From an uncultured delta proteobacterium (GTDB taxonomy: Bacteria; Desulfobacterota; Binatia; UBA9968): DNA of 64,000 nucleotides. Below, piece after piece: positions 29,769 to 39,108 of this stretch (the stretch's first letter is position 1; every line of letters starts with the position of its first letter). The stretch is from the NCBI GenBank assembly GCA_963760795.1, contig CAVXEP010000029.1, positions 160,001-224,000 of the forward strand, read 5' to 3'. Made by a program: the position numbers and the translations under genes. The notes under the pieces were generated by a model. It was not told the origin of the DNA. It saw nothing but the letters and a program-made list of their open reading frames with translations, and ran no database searches.

Positions 29769-29783
29769 GCAATGAGGGTGCCA
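29769..29783 (-). promoter_or_regulatory. sigma54 -24/-12 element
   Basis: TGGCACCCTCATTGC. Confidence 0.8.
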
Positions 29784-30020
29784 AACCGGGTGTTGCAGGA
29801 ATGGTGGCTTCGATGAAATCAGCTAAGAATTTTTCCCAGGAGTCTGAATACTCGCGCTTAATAGAATTCAAAGCTCGCCGGTAGTCACTGGCGCGATCAG
29901 CTATCAATAAATAAATTCCCGAGGCCGGGTTTTCTGCTACAGTCGGCGCCCGCGCAGAACTGTCGCATTCGTCTCGAGGCGGTTAGAATCCCAATTCTAA
30001 GACATCAGCGGCGTATCAAC

Positions 30021-30035
30021 CGGAACAGCGATTGC
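30021..30035 (+). promoter_or_regulatory. sigma54 -24/-12 element
   Basis: CGGAACAGCGATTGC; box ATCCCAATTCTAAGAC at 29988-30003. Confidence 0.65.
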
Positions 30036-30067
30036 ACCAACTCTTCATAAATTATGGAGGTGCAATC

Positions 30068-30259
30068 ATGGCGCGATACGGCAAAAGCGCGGGGCAGAAA
30101 GTTAAGCGGGCGATGCATGAGCGTAAAAAAGGCACTTTGAAGAGCGGGCGTTCCGGCAAAACGGTGAAAAGCCGAAAGCAGGCGATCGCCATCGGCTTGT
30201 CCGAAGCACGTCGTGCCGGCGGCAAGGTACCGGCAAAAAGACCGCGAAAAAAGAAATAG
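30068..30259 (+). CDS. Small basic protein (DUF6496-like)
   Basis: KV...MHE.K.GTLKSGRSG..VKSRKQAIAIGLSEAR; RBS GGAGG. Confidence 0.85.
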   Translation: MARYGKSAGQKVKRAMHERKKGTLKSGRSGKTVKSRKQAIAIGLSEARRAGGKVPAKRPRKKK

Positions 30260-30423
30260 CTATTAATAATTCAATTCGGAAAAATTTCGCGTCAGATCGG
30301 TTTAGCTGTCGAGATATCGCTGATATTAAAGGCTATCTCTTGGTGGATGTTGGCTGGGCCGAAGTTAAACCTTCGCCTGGCGACGGAGAGTCTCTATGTT
30401 CCGCCGTTTTAAGTGTCGGCGTG

Positions 30424-30669
30424 TCACGCTCGCCCGAGTGGATTTATTATGGGGTTGTCGAGTGTTGGAATGTCAGGCGCAACCAGCGGCCCTGAAATGA
30501 TCTCTAATGATAATCCCCGTCCCTTTGCAAACTCCGGCTCTTCTCCTGAGATATATTGAGCTTGAGTCTCTCCGAAGACCCATACAGCGCCGTCCTCTTG
30601 AAGCAACACGACCTGCGGTTGTGGATCGGCGGCAAACTTAACCCAGTAATAACCATGCGGTCTCGGCAT
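30424..30669 (-). CDS. Hypothetical protein (GYYWV motif)
   Basis: 81-aa ORF with protein-like composition. Confidence 0.5.
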   Translation of the reverse strand: MPRPHGYYWVKFAADPQPQVVLLQEDGAVWVFGETQAQYISGEEPEFAKGRGLSLEIISGPLVAPDIPTLDNPIINPLGRA

Positions 30670-30857
30670 GATTAAAGTTTAGCGCAGCCACGAACGAGAA
30701 CAACCCCTTGTGAAAAATAAAAGGACTCGAGCTAGAACCTAGCGCGGCAAAGCCGTAACCAGTAAGAAGGAGGGAAATTCCCCGAGGAAACACGAGGTTC
30801 GCAAAGTTCTGAGTATGTTCCAATTACCAATTCTAAATTAGCATTTTTCGCACTGCC

Positions 30858-30872
30858 GCGATGAGGGTGCCG
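30858..30872 (-). promoter_or_regulatory. Candidate sigma54 element
   Basis: CGGCACCCTCATCGC, nearly identical to the 29769 element. Confidence 0.5.
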
Positions 30873-31167
30873 AAAGTTTTCCCACGCAGTGTTCTACACG
30901 TTGACGCCGCCGCCTTTAGCTGAACCTGGATTCCCATGTTCGATCAATGATGAAGGTTTACCCTATCTGACAAAACTGCGGTTCACTCTCGGGTTCCAAT
31001 ATTACCAGTATAAGAAACATCTGCTTCCGGCTCACTTTGTTCTGAATATAGATCACCGCTCGATGAGATAATTCCCAGGGGCGAGACATCTTCAGCGCGT
31101 TGGCGCGCCGGGGTGTTATTTGCCCACGCATTTTACTACTTGCTAGGCTGATCAGAGAAAAGCGGCG

Positions 31168-31182
31168 CGGCACGATTATTGA
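31168..31182 (+). promoter_or_regulatory. Variant sigma54 element (GA at -12) upstream of katE
   Basis: CGGCACGATTATTGA; degenerate box at 31072-31087. Confidence 0.45.
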
Positions 31183-31288
31183 TCATAACACAGTGGTTGG
31201 CGCGCAAGGACTAAGCCCTGCGTCCAGGGTGGGCGATGCCGTCCGCGTAGAATTGATTAACCGCAACATAAAATGAGGGATATTTATA

Positions 31289-33421
31289 ATGGCAAAAGAA
31301 CGTGGCAGCCGTAAAACTCAATCGAATCGCGAGCAAAGCGCGCAATATGGCGACCAAACTGTAACCGTCGGCGCCGGCGGCGAAACCCACCAGACCGCCG
31401 ATGACGGTGCCCCTGTATTGACCACTCAACAGGGCACTCCGGTGTCGGACGACCAAAACTCGCTGAAGATCGGCGCCCGCGGGCCGACGGTGCTGGAAGA
31501 TTTTCATTTTCGCGAGAAAATTTTTCACTTCGATCACGAGAGAATTCCCGAGCGAGTGGTCCATGCCCGCGGTTTCGGCGCCCATGGGTATTTCGAAAAC
31601 TACGAATCCCTTGCCGACGTGACCAAGGCGGATCTTTTCCAGCGCGCCGGTGAGAAGACTCCCGCTTTCGTGCGTTTCTCCACCGTCGCCGGCAACAAGG
31701 GCTCAGCGGACTTAGCGCGCGACGTGCGCGGTTTTGCCGTCAAGCTCTACACCCAACAAGGCAACTGGGATATCGTCGGCAACAACATTCCAGTGTTTTT
31801 CATTCAGGATGCCCTCAAGTTTCCCGATTTCGTACATTCTGTCAAAGAGGAACCGGATCGCGGCTTCCCCCAGGCGGCGTCAGCGCATGACAACTTTTGG
31901 GACTTTGTTTCGCTATCGCCGGAGAGCACCCACATGCTTTTGTGGGTTATGTCGGACCGGGCGATTCCGCGTTCGCTGCGTTTCATGGAAGGCTTTGGCG
32001 TTCATACTTTTCGCCTGGTGGACGCCGAGGGTAATTCGACCTTCGTGAAGTTTCATTGGAAGCCGAAGCTCGGCATGCAATCGGTGGTGTGGAACGAAGC
32101 GGTGAAGATCAACGGCGCCGATGCGGACTTTCACCGGCGCGACATGTGGAACTCGATTAAGGCGGGGGACTATCCCGAGTGGGAGTTGGGTTTGCAGCTT
32201 TTCGATGAAGAGTTTGCCGAGAAATTTGATTTCGATGTGCTCGACGCGACGAAACTTATTCCGGAAGAACAAGTGCCGATCCGGCGCGTCGGCCGGCTCG
32301 TGCTCGATCGCTGCGTCGATAACTTTTTCGCCGAGACCGAGCAGGTGGCCTTTTGCACGCAAAATATCGTGCCGGGTATCGACTTTAGCAACGATCCGCT
32401 GCTCCAAGGGCGCAATTTTTCTTATCTCGATACCCAACTCAAACGCTTGGGCGGCCCCAACTTCACACATATTCCAATCAATGCGCCGAAATGTCCGTTT
32501 GCCCATTTTCAGCAGGACGGCCATATGGCCATGAGCAATCCCAAGGGGCGGGTCAACTACGAGCCCAATTCCTGGGAGGGTGACGGCGGTCCGCGCGAGT
32601 CGCCGGAAAAAGGTTTTCGCTCGTATCCGGCTGCGGAGGAAGGCGAGAAACTGCGCATTCGCTCAGAGACGTTCGCCGACCATTTCAGCCAAGCGCGGCA
32701 GTTTTATATCAGCCAGACCGAAACCGAGCAGAGTCATATCGTCGACGCCTTTGTCTTTGAGTTGAGCAAGGTCGAAAAGCTCGCCATCCGCGAGCGTATG
32801 GTGGCGCAGCTGCTCAACGTCCATGCGGATCTCGCGAAGAAAGTTGCCGAGGGTCTCGGTCTCAAAAAAATGCCCAAGGCGGCGGACGCGGCGAAGCCGA
32901 CGCGGCAGGACCTCAAAAAATCCCCGGCGTTGAGTATTCTTCTTAACGGCCCGAAGAGCTTCAAAGGGCGCAAGCTTGGCGTGCTGGTCACCGATGGCGT
33001 CGATAGCGCGATCTTGGACGCGCTCGAAAGTGCTCTTGAAGCGAAGGGCGCTATGATCGAGATTATTGCCCCGAAAGTGGGCGGCGTCGAAGCCAGCGAC
33101 GGTTCCTGGATCGAAGCAGCGCAGAAACTCGAAGGCGGCCCCTCTGTGCTTTATGACGCAGTAGCGCTACTACCTTCGGAAAGCGGCGCGCAAATGCTGG
33201 CGAAGAATCCGGCGGCGCGCGATTTTATCGCCGATGCCTTCGCTCATCGGAAATTCATCGCCTATGTAGATGCGGCTAGCAGTCTGTTGGCGCAAGCGGG
33301 AGTGGCGGAAAGTCGCGACAACGGGTTCATCATGCTCAAAGAGCCGGCCGACGCAGGCGCTTTCATCGAAGCGTGCGGCGAATTGCGATTTTGGCCGCGT
33401 GAAGCGATGCTGAAATCGTAA
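31289..33421 (+). CDS. katE: Large-subunit monofunctional catalase (HPII, clade 2)
   Basis: [29 protein letters not shown]; C-terminal DJ-1-like domain. Confidence 0.95.
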   Translation: MAKERGSRKTQSNREQSAQYGDQTVTVGAGGETHQTADDGAPVLTTQQGTPVSDDQNSLKIGARGPTVLEDFHFREKIFHFDHERIPERVVHARGFGAHGYFENYESLADVTKADLFQRAGEKTPAFVRFSTVAGNKGSADLARDVRGFAVKLYTQQGNWDIVGNNIPVFFIQDALKFPDFVHSVKEEPDRGFPQAASAHDNFWDFVSLSPESTHMLLWVMSDRAIPRSLRFMEGFGVHTFRLVDAEGNSTFVKFHWKPKLGMQSVVWNEAVKINGADADFHRRDMWNSIKAGDYPEWELGLQLFDEEFAEKFDFDVLDATKLIPEEQVPIRRVGRLVLDRCVDNFFAETEQVAFCTQNIVPGIDFSNDPLLQGRNFSYLDTQLKRLGGPNFTHIPINAPKCPFAHFQQDGHMAMSNPKGRVNYEPNSWEGDGGPRESPEKGFRSYPAAEEGEKLRIRSETFADHFSQARQFYISQTETEQSHIVDAFVFELSKVEKLAIRERMVAQLLNVHADLAKKVAEGLGLKKMPKAADAAKPTRQDLKKSPALSILLNGPKSFKGRKLGVLVTDGVDSAILDALESALEAKGAMIEIIAPKVGGVEASDGSWIEAAQKLEGGPSVLYDAVALLPSESGAQMLAKNPAARDFIADAFAHRKFIAYVDAASSLLAQAGVAESRDNGFIMLKEPADAGAFIEACGELRFWPREAMLKS

Positions 33422-33863
33422 GAAGCGCGAGCGAATAACAGAGGACACTTTGGTCGGGGGCGGCGAGGGTTGCACCCGAAACCCATCGGCGATGATGTTC
33501 TGTAAGTGGGTTCTTTAATTTGCCATTGCGTTCGTCAATGATGCGCTTCTTGATCGCCGCGCGAATGAGCGACCGAGCCGGTCGGCATGATTAAGACAGT
33601 ATCTGGAAGAAATATGTCGGCGAGGATTTCACCATCGTTTTTGTTCCACGCGATGGCTACGATTTCAGCAATTTGAGCGGCTGCTTTTTGCTTGTCGGTA
33701 GGGTTTTACGCCGTCCTGACGATTGGTGTTTGCGGCGGTGTGAGCAGGTAACGGGGTGACCGAATTAACCAGCAAAAGCGCCAAGACGTAGGCATGATAT
33801 TTCCCGCGCCGAAAAAATCCGTCTCGACGACGAGCTTCAATAACGGGCGACGAAAGCACGGGC

Positions 33864-34100
33864 TTAAACAAGTTGGTTGAAGTGCCTGCGCCCGATCACG
33901 AAGGCGCTCTTGATCATAGAGCGTAGAATCTCGCTTGCTTCCTGGTTGTTCTCCGCGTTGCTCAACATCTCCAGCGTGTTTTGCAATACGCCTCCAAGCA
34001 AAGCTAACTCAAACGTTGCGGCCTGATCTTCAATCGGCGTATCGAGCATTTGCTGAATTTGTGTAACTACTTCCTGGTTAGGTGTTTCAGGCTGTTCCAT
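33864..34100 (-). CDS. Small helical hypothetical protein
   Basis: RBS GGAGG before ATG 34100; sigma54 element directly upstream. Confidence 0.65.
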   Translation of the reverse strand: MEQPETPNQEVVTQIQQMLDTPIEDQAATFELALLGGVLQNTLEMLSNAENNQEASEILRSMIKSAFVIGRRHFNQLV

Positions 34101-34135
34101 AGTTTCATCCTCCATCGAGTACACCGTTCCAAAAT

Positions 34136-34150
34136 GCAAGGCCTATGCCG
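34136..34150 (-). promoter_or_regulatory. sigma54 -24/-12 element
   Basis: CGGCATAGGCCTTGC. Confidence 0.7.
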
Positions 34151-34519
34151 TTAATCATGAATGAAGCGCAACCGAGCAGCCATAAAATACTTAGCGAAAT
34201 CCCCGCGTCAGTGATCGAGTCGGTTTGTCCCGGATGAGTACTGTATGATTTTCTCCGACGCGCTAGGGGTTTCCCGCTCACTTATCGAATAGCATTCGAT
34301 TAAGAGCTCAGAGAGAAAAGCGCTTCAAAGAATTCGATTCGAGTGCGCGACGGTGGCAACCTTAGGGAAGCGCGCAATAATAAGAGGGAACAGAGCCGAT
34401 AGCCCGGCAACGATTGCGTATACTCGCAGCGTCACGCGTTTGCGGTGGCGTAAGCGGAGTGCCTAATAAGCAGTGATCTGGAGGCGTTGTCCTCGTTCGA
34501 GAGTACCGCCATTCATGGT

Positions 34520-36181
34520 TCATTTTTTCCTGCCGCGTCCGCTTTGTTGCTCGAAGCCTGGCAGGATCGCCTTGAAAAAAGCGTTTTGAACCAGGCCGAT
34601 AATAGTCTCCCAGGTGCTGGTCTCCGGATTGGCAAGTTTGCCTGATACCGGGATTGTGGTTGCGACTTGGTCGCGAGGCGTGTTTTGCAAAATCCATGAA
34701 AAGCCACCGATGATACCTTCGTAAAGCTGGCGGAATATTCCCTTTTCTTTATCTTGCCGGCGATCGTACACATTCATCTCATAAAATAATGGTTTAACGT
34801 ATCCTTCGACGCTGCCGTTTCTGACTGTAAGTTCGGAGAAAAATGAAAACTGTCCAGCGACAACGTCGAAGTTGCCGTAGGAGCGCCAAAAATTGTTCAT
34901 CAATTTCATATCGGTGTTTTCGATCGCAACGTTGAGGTCGAAATCCGGTCCTTTGGGGTTAGGACGCCCGGTGAACTCAATCTTAGTGGCGCCGCTGCCC
35001 ATTAATTTGCCCCGGACCAATCCGCTGGTCAGCCCTTGCTTGGATTGATTGCTTAAGTTGGCGATCTGTAAATCGAGATCGCTCAAGAACAAACGATACT
35101 GCGGATCGCGCGCCGCGTTGATAAAGCCCAACTTACCTTGAACCTGAACCTTGTCGATGTTCACAACTAATTCCGCAGTGTCGCTGTATTTTTTGGCGGC
35201 GCTATCTACTTCCTTGCCGGTTGTTGTTGCCACCGATTCGGCCTTTTTATGAATGTAATCCATGTCCGCGCTTCGCACGCGCAGCTCGGCGATGTCAATG
35301 CGCTGGCTGTCGGTGCCGTATTCGACGTTGCCGAATGCGGATAAGCTGCCCTGCCGCACGGTCATACTGTAGCGCTCGACGATCGGTTTGAAGTATGCGA
35401 GATCGACATTTTCCAAGGCAATGGTTTCAGTTTTCAATGTCGCATGAGGCTCGGCAAGTAGATCGGCGTGACCGTCGGCGCGAAGCGTGCCTTTTTCAAA
35501 GACCGCTGCTTGGATCTGTATTGGCGAGGGATACACGTTAGGATCGGATTTTACATTGCGAATATTTTCCGCGAGCAGTTCAATCCGTGTTAACTCGAGA
35601 GGACGAAATGGTCCTTCGTCGACATAGGTGAGCGAACCGTCGCGAATCATAAAGCGGTTGATTTTTAACGGATAGATTTCTTCGAGTGCTTGCTGCCAAC
35701 CGCGTTCCTTCATCGGTATTTTATCGTCGAACTCAGTTTTTGCCTGCTTGCGGTTGATGTAAAGTTTTGGATTGTCGATGGCAAAATCAGCCACCAGCCG
35801 TCCACGTAGCAGGCCGCGCCAATCGATGCTGGCGCTCAGATTGGCGATCTGCGCCACCGGCGGCTCGGGATTGTCGTTCTGAATGATAACGGAGTTTTCG
35901 AGCTCGAGGGAAAGACCGATGGGATGAAAGTCGAGTTTGCCGATGCGCACCGTGTATCCTGCGAGCGCGCGGTTCAGGTTAGCCTCCATGCGCCGGCGTA
36001 ACGGCTCATCGATAAAAAACGCGGCGATCACAACGAGCACCAGTAAGCCGACCAACGCGCTGCCGGACCAGAACACCGCCTTGCGTGTCTTTGAACCGAA
36101 GAGCGTGTGCGCCAAACCGGCGCGCCACTGGCGTGCCCGGGTGCCCGAGCGGTATGCCTGAAGCTGTTCCGTTACACTCAT
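34520..36181 (-). CDS. DUF748/AsmA-like beta-taco protein
   Basis: N-terminal TM; repeated beta motifs; GYVKPLF, NTPRDQVAT, NAFFKAILPG. Confidence 0.8.
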   Translation of the reverse strand: MSVTEQLQAYRSGTRARQWRAGLAHTLFGSKTRKAVFWSGSALVGLLVLVVIAAFFIDEPLRRRMEANLNRALAGYTVRIGKLDFHPIGLSLELENSVIIQNDNPEPPVAQIANLSASIDWRGLLRGRLVADFAIDNPKLYINRKQAKTEFDDKIPMKERGWQQALEEIYPLKINRFMIRDGSLTYVDEGPFRPLELTRIELLAENIRNVKSDPNVYPSPIQIQAAVFEKGTLRADGHADLLAEPHATLKTETIALENVDLAYFKPIVERYSMTVRQGSLSAFGNVEYGTDSQRIDIAELRVRSADMDYIHKKAESVATTTGKEVDSAAKKYSDTAELVVNIDKVQVQGKLGFINAARDPQYRLFLSDLDLQIANLSNQSKQGLTSGLVRGKLMGSGATKIEFTGRPNPKGPDFDLNVAIENTDMKLMNNFWRSYGNFDVVAGQFSFFSELTVRNGSVEGYVKPLFYEMNVYDRRQDKEKGIFRQLYEGIIGGFSWILQNTPRDQVATTIPVSGKLANPETSTWETIIGLVQNAFFKAILPGFEQQSGRGRKK

Positions 36182-36266
36182 AAATTCTCTGCTGCTGCTG
36201 GTCCCTCTACCCGCACTAACTAAATGTCAGAGCTCGCACATTGGCGAGCACACGGGGCAGCTATTT

Positions 36267-37850
36267 TCACCCAGTGCTGGCGCCCCAGCCGCCAAATAAC
36301 CGGCTTAGACTCGTCAGGCTTTTGGATATAAAAGAATCTGCAACGCAATCACTGGGTTTAGCCTGTGCCTCGCGAGCGATTTCCGCGTCGAAGGGCAAGC
36401 CGTTGGGAAAAAGCGTCAGCAGCCAAAGGTGCTCCTCTGAAAGGCTGCGCGCCGGGTGATGGCGCAGGCGAGTCTTGCCGCTGTCGGCTAAGCCATTCAA
36501 ATAGTCCACCAACCCGTCGACAGCGCCGAGCCGATCGCCAGCCTGCGCGTCGAGCCCGGTATGCTCGGCAAGCAAGTTTACGCGGGCAGCGCGGATCGAG
36601 TGGCTAAGCCTGCTGCCCGGCACGTCATCCCAGGAAACATTGAGTTCGGTGTCATAGCCCATGCTACGGTTATTCATGTTCGCCGAACCGATGCTGAGAA
36701 AGCGGTCGTCGATCAAGAGCAGCTTCGAATGAATATAGGTAGGCAAATCAGTGCCGTCAGCGGCAATCGAGACCGGATAGTATATGCCGAACGAGTGACC
36801 GGTTTCGGCTGCGACTTCTTTTAAGCGGCGAATGATCCGGCTCTGCGCGATAGCGATGGAGAGTTGTTCTAAAAACGCCTCGGCATCTTTGGCGATTACT
36901 AAAACGATCTCAAGGCGCCCTCGCCGGTGCTGACGCATGCGCTCGATCAAAGCATCGGAAAGCGCTTCCGAACTGCAATATTGGTTTTCGATGTAAATCA
37001 GACTTTCGGCGGCATCGATAGCATCGAGAAAGAGTTGGCGGATTTCAAGGATCGGTTTGTCGCCGCGGCTCTGGGGAACCTCGGTCCGGCTGATCGCCAC
37101 TCGTTGGGCGGCAAGCGCAACGCTCGGGTCGAAAACTAGTTGCCGTGGTTCGCGGTCAGCCGCGGCCAAATCAAGGCAGTCGCCACAAACAATTTGCCAA
37201 CGTTGCTTGAAGAGTTCCGCGAGCTGCTGGGCGACGGGTCCGACGTGATAGGACTGCAAGTCATGGAAGGTGCGATAGCTAGAGCCGTCGCTGTTGACTC
37301 GCAGCGGATTATCTGGCCGATGATCGCGCTCATCCCAGCGGCTGGCGCAAAGATCGATGCCGCCAACAAAACTGAGAGTACCGTCGATGACGACGAACTT
37401 CTGATGATGCGAGGCATCGAACGATTCGCCGCGATCATAGCAGAACTTGAGTCGCTCATTGGTACTCCAATTGAAATGCCAGTCTTGAAACCATTCCCGG
37501 TCGAGGCTGTACAGCATGCTGTAGTCCCAGGCGAGCATGTATATGCGTAGCGCGGGTTTGCGCTCGCAGAGCTCGTTAAGAAATTCCAAGAGGTGAATTT
37601 TCCCCTGCGCGTGTTCCGCCTCGGCGCCGCGTAAGAGTGCCGTGCCACTGTCGAACTGCCAGCCCGAAATGAGAATGTAACGCTCGGCTGTTTGGGCGGC
37701 ACGATAGAACGCGCGGTAGTAGTCGCCGCCGTCGATGAGCAGTCCTGTCTGGCTCACCGACCCCGTCCGCCAGCAGTTTCGCCCCGACTTCAATAGCGTG
37801 TGCCTGGCCGGCGATCGCAGTAACCGTCGCAGTCGTTTGGGTGTGTTCAT
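36267..37850 (-). CDS. Phospholipase D / cardiolipin-synthase-like protein
   Basis: Two HKD motifs: HQKFVVID and HSKLLLID, plus GSANMNNRS. Confidence 0.9.
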   Translation of the reverse strand: MNTPKRLRRLLRSPARHTLLKSGRNCWRTGSVSQTGLLIDGGDYYRAFYRAAQTAERYILISGWQFDSGTALLRGAEAEHAQGKIHLLEFLNELCERKPALRIYMLAWDYSMLYSLDREWFQDWHFNWSTNERLKFCYDRGESFDASHHQKFVVIDGTLSFVGGIDLCASRWDERDHRPDNPLRVNSDGSSYRTFHDLQSYHVGPVAQQLAELFKQRWQIVCGDCLDLAAADREPRQLVFDPSVALAAQRVAISRTEVPQSRGDKPILEIRQLFLDAIDAAESLIYIENQYCSSEALSDALIERMRQHRRGRLEIVLVIAKDAEAFLEQLSIAIAQSRIIRRLKEVAAETGHSFGIYYPVSIAADGTDLPTYIHSKLLLIDDRFLSIGSANMNNRSMGYDTELNVSWDDVPGSRLSHSIRAARVNLLAEHTGLDAQAGDRLGAVDGLVDYLNGLADSGKTRLRHHPARSLSEEHLWLLTLFPNGLPFDAEIAREAQAKPSDCVADSFISKSLTSLSRLFGGWGASTG

Positions 37851-37891
37851 AAGTCCCGTGAAAACATCAACATAATATTAGAAAATACTGA

Positions 37892-38084
37892 GCAAAGGCC
37901 GCGCCAGGTTAAGCGGCCGTCTATTTACTGCCTTTTGTCTTAGATGCGCGACGAAATTTCGCCGGCTGTCGCGAAACTGAGACGGGTCGATTGTTGCGGG
38001 TAAGTCGCGTAAGAGGAGTCTACTCTGGGCTCTTACCTTGTCGAAGCGTCGATCATTATCCAGCAGAAGTGGCATAAGGCTTGC
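37892..38084. promoter_or_regulatory. Divergent sigma54 promoters flanking a shared tandem box pair
   Basis: Minus TGGCGCGGCCTTTGC (37892-37906); boxes at 37937-37952 and 37968-37983; plus TGGCATAAGGCTTGC (38070-38084). Confidence 0.75.
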
Positions 38085-38138
38085 TGTTTCGAATGTTTAT
38101 GTAGGCAGCATATCCGGCGACTCCTGGCAGTAGAAACA

Positions 38139-38375
38139 ATGGCCGGACGGCGGATAGGAGTGAGGGCGGTGCTAGCGCTTTTGGGGGCCATCACCGGTGT
38201 GGTGATGATTTTTGTTGGTAAGCCCGGCTGGGGATTATTGCTGGCGGTATGCGCCGTGGTACTTGGCGCGGTCGGACTTATTTTACCGGCCTCGCCGCCG
38301 GTAAGGGGCGGAGTGATTAGAGTCTTCGCCATTGCAATAGCCATTATTGGTATCGGATTGTCGGTACTTGGGTGA
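38139..38375 (+). CDS. Small membrane protein (three hydrophobic segments)
   Basis: Very hydrophobic 78-aa ORF after the sigma54 element; C-terminus may be frameshifted. Confidence 0.6.
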   Translation: MAGRRIGVRAVLALLGAITGVVMIFVGKPGWGLLLAVCAVVLGAVGLILPASPPVRGGVIRVFAIAIAIIGIGLSVLG

Positions 38376-38418
38376 TTGGCAGTGCGCGTTTTCTAAAATA
38401 TTCGGCAGGAGGAAATTT

Positions 38419-38493
38419 ATGAATTCGATTATCTATGTGGTTGGTTTAGTTGTCGTCATCATCGCGGTATTGAGTTTTTTCGGATTGCGCTAG
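38419..38493 (+). CDS. 24-aa single-TM microprotein MNSIIYVVGLVVVIIAVLSFFGLR (not in the ORF track)
   Basis: Strong RBS AGGAGG with ATG 6 nt later; clean TM helix. Confidence 0.75.
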   Translation: MNSIIYVVGLVVVIIAVLSFFGLR

Positions 38494-38579
38494 GTCTCGT
38501 GGCAGCCAATCTCAGGCCGGAATAAAAATCCGGCGCGCGGTGTTTTGATTGTCTCATTCGCTGACAAAGGAAATGGCTG

Positions 38580-38738
38580 ATGCCGACGACGAAAAAATCT
38601 GGTGGCAAGCGGCCGAGCACTCAAAAGAAACCAAAGAAACGTCGCCGGCCGAAAACTGACTACGATCTTCCGGCGCGCGAAACCAATGAGCAATCAGACA
38701 AGTGGCGTCTCGACGCCGCGCCAACCGGCGCGCGTTGA
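38580..38738 (+). CDS. 52-aa Lys/Arg-rich microprotein (not in the ORF track)
   Basis: MPTTKKSGGKRPSTQKKPKKRRRPK...; RBS AAAGGA. Confidence 0.55.
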   Translation: MPTTKKSGGKRPSTQKKPKKRRRPKTDYDLPARETNEQSDKWRLDAAPTGAR

Positions 38739-38934
38739 ATTGCGCTCGCTTCCAACGACTCGGGAACGGAGGCCTTCGTCAATTCCAAATGTGAAAGTTT
38801 CGCTGAGGATTTTCCCGTGTTGATCGACTCGGGATCGGATTAGCCGTTGGCGGTCACAGTGCCGAGTTCAAGATTTGTTGCGCCCGTAAAATCAGCGTCC
38901 CGAACTTAATATAATTATCCGTGCAGTGTTGCAC

Positions 38935-38949
38935 AGGCAGGACGGTTGC
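38935..38949 (+). promoter_or_regulatory. Candidate sigma54 element
   Basis: AGGCAGGACGGTTGC. Confidence 0.55.
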
Positions 38950-39108
38950 TCACTTCGTTTTGAACGGCTTGCATGCGCTCAAAATTTACCCGTGACATAT
39001 CGTGCGCTGATTTACACCTATTCATGACGCAATTTACCGATTGGCAAGCGAACTCCAGTCGCCGGCCTGCAGGCCACCGAGCGCGCCGCGCCGCGAGTTT
39101 TACGACGT

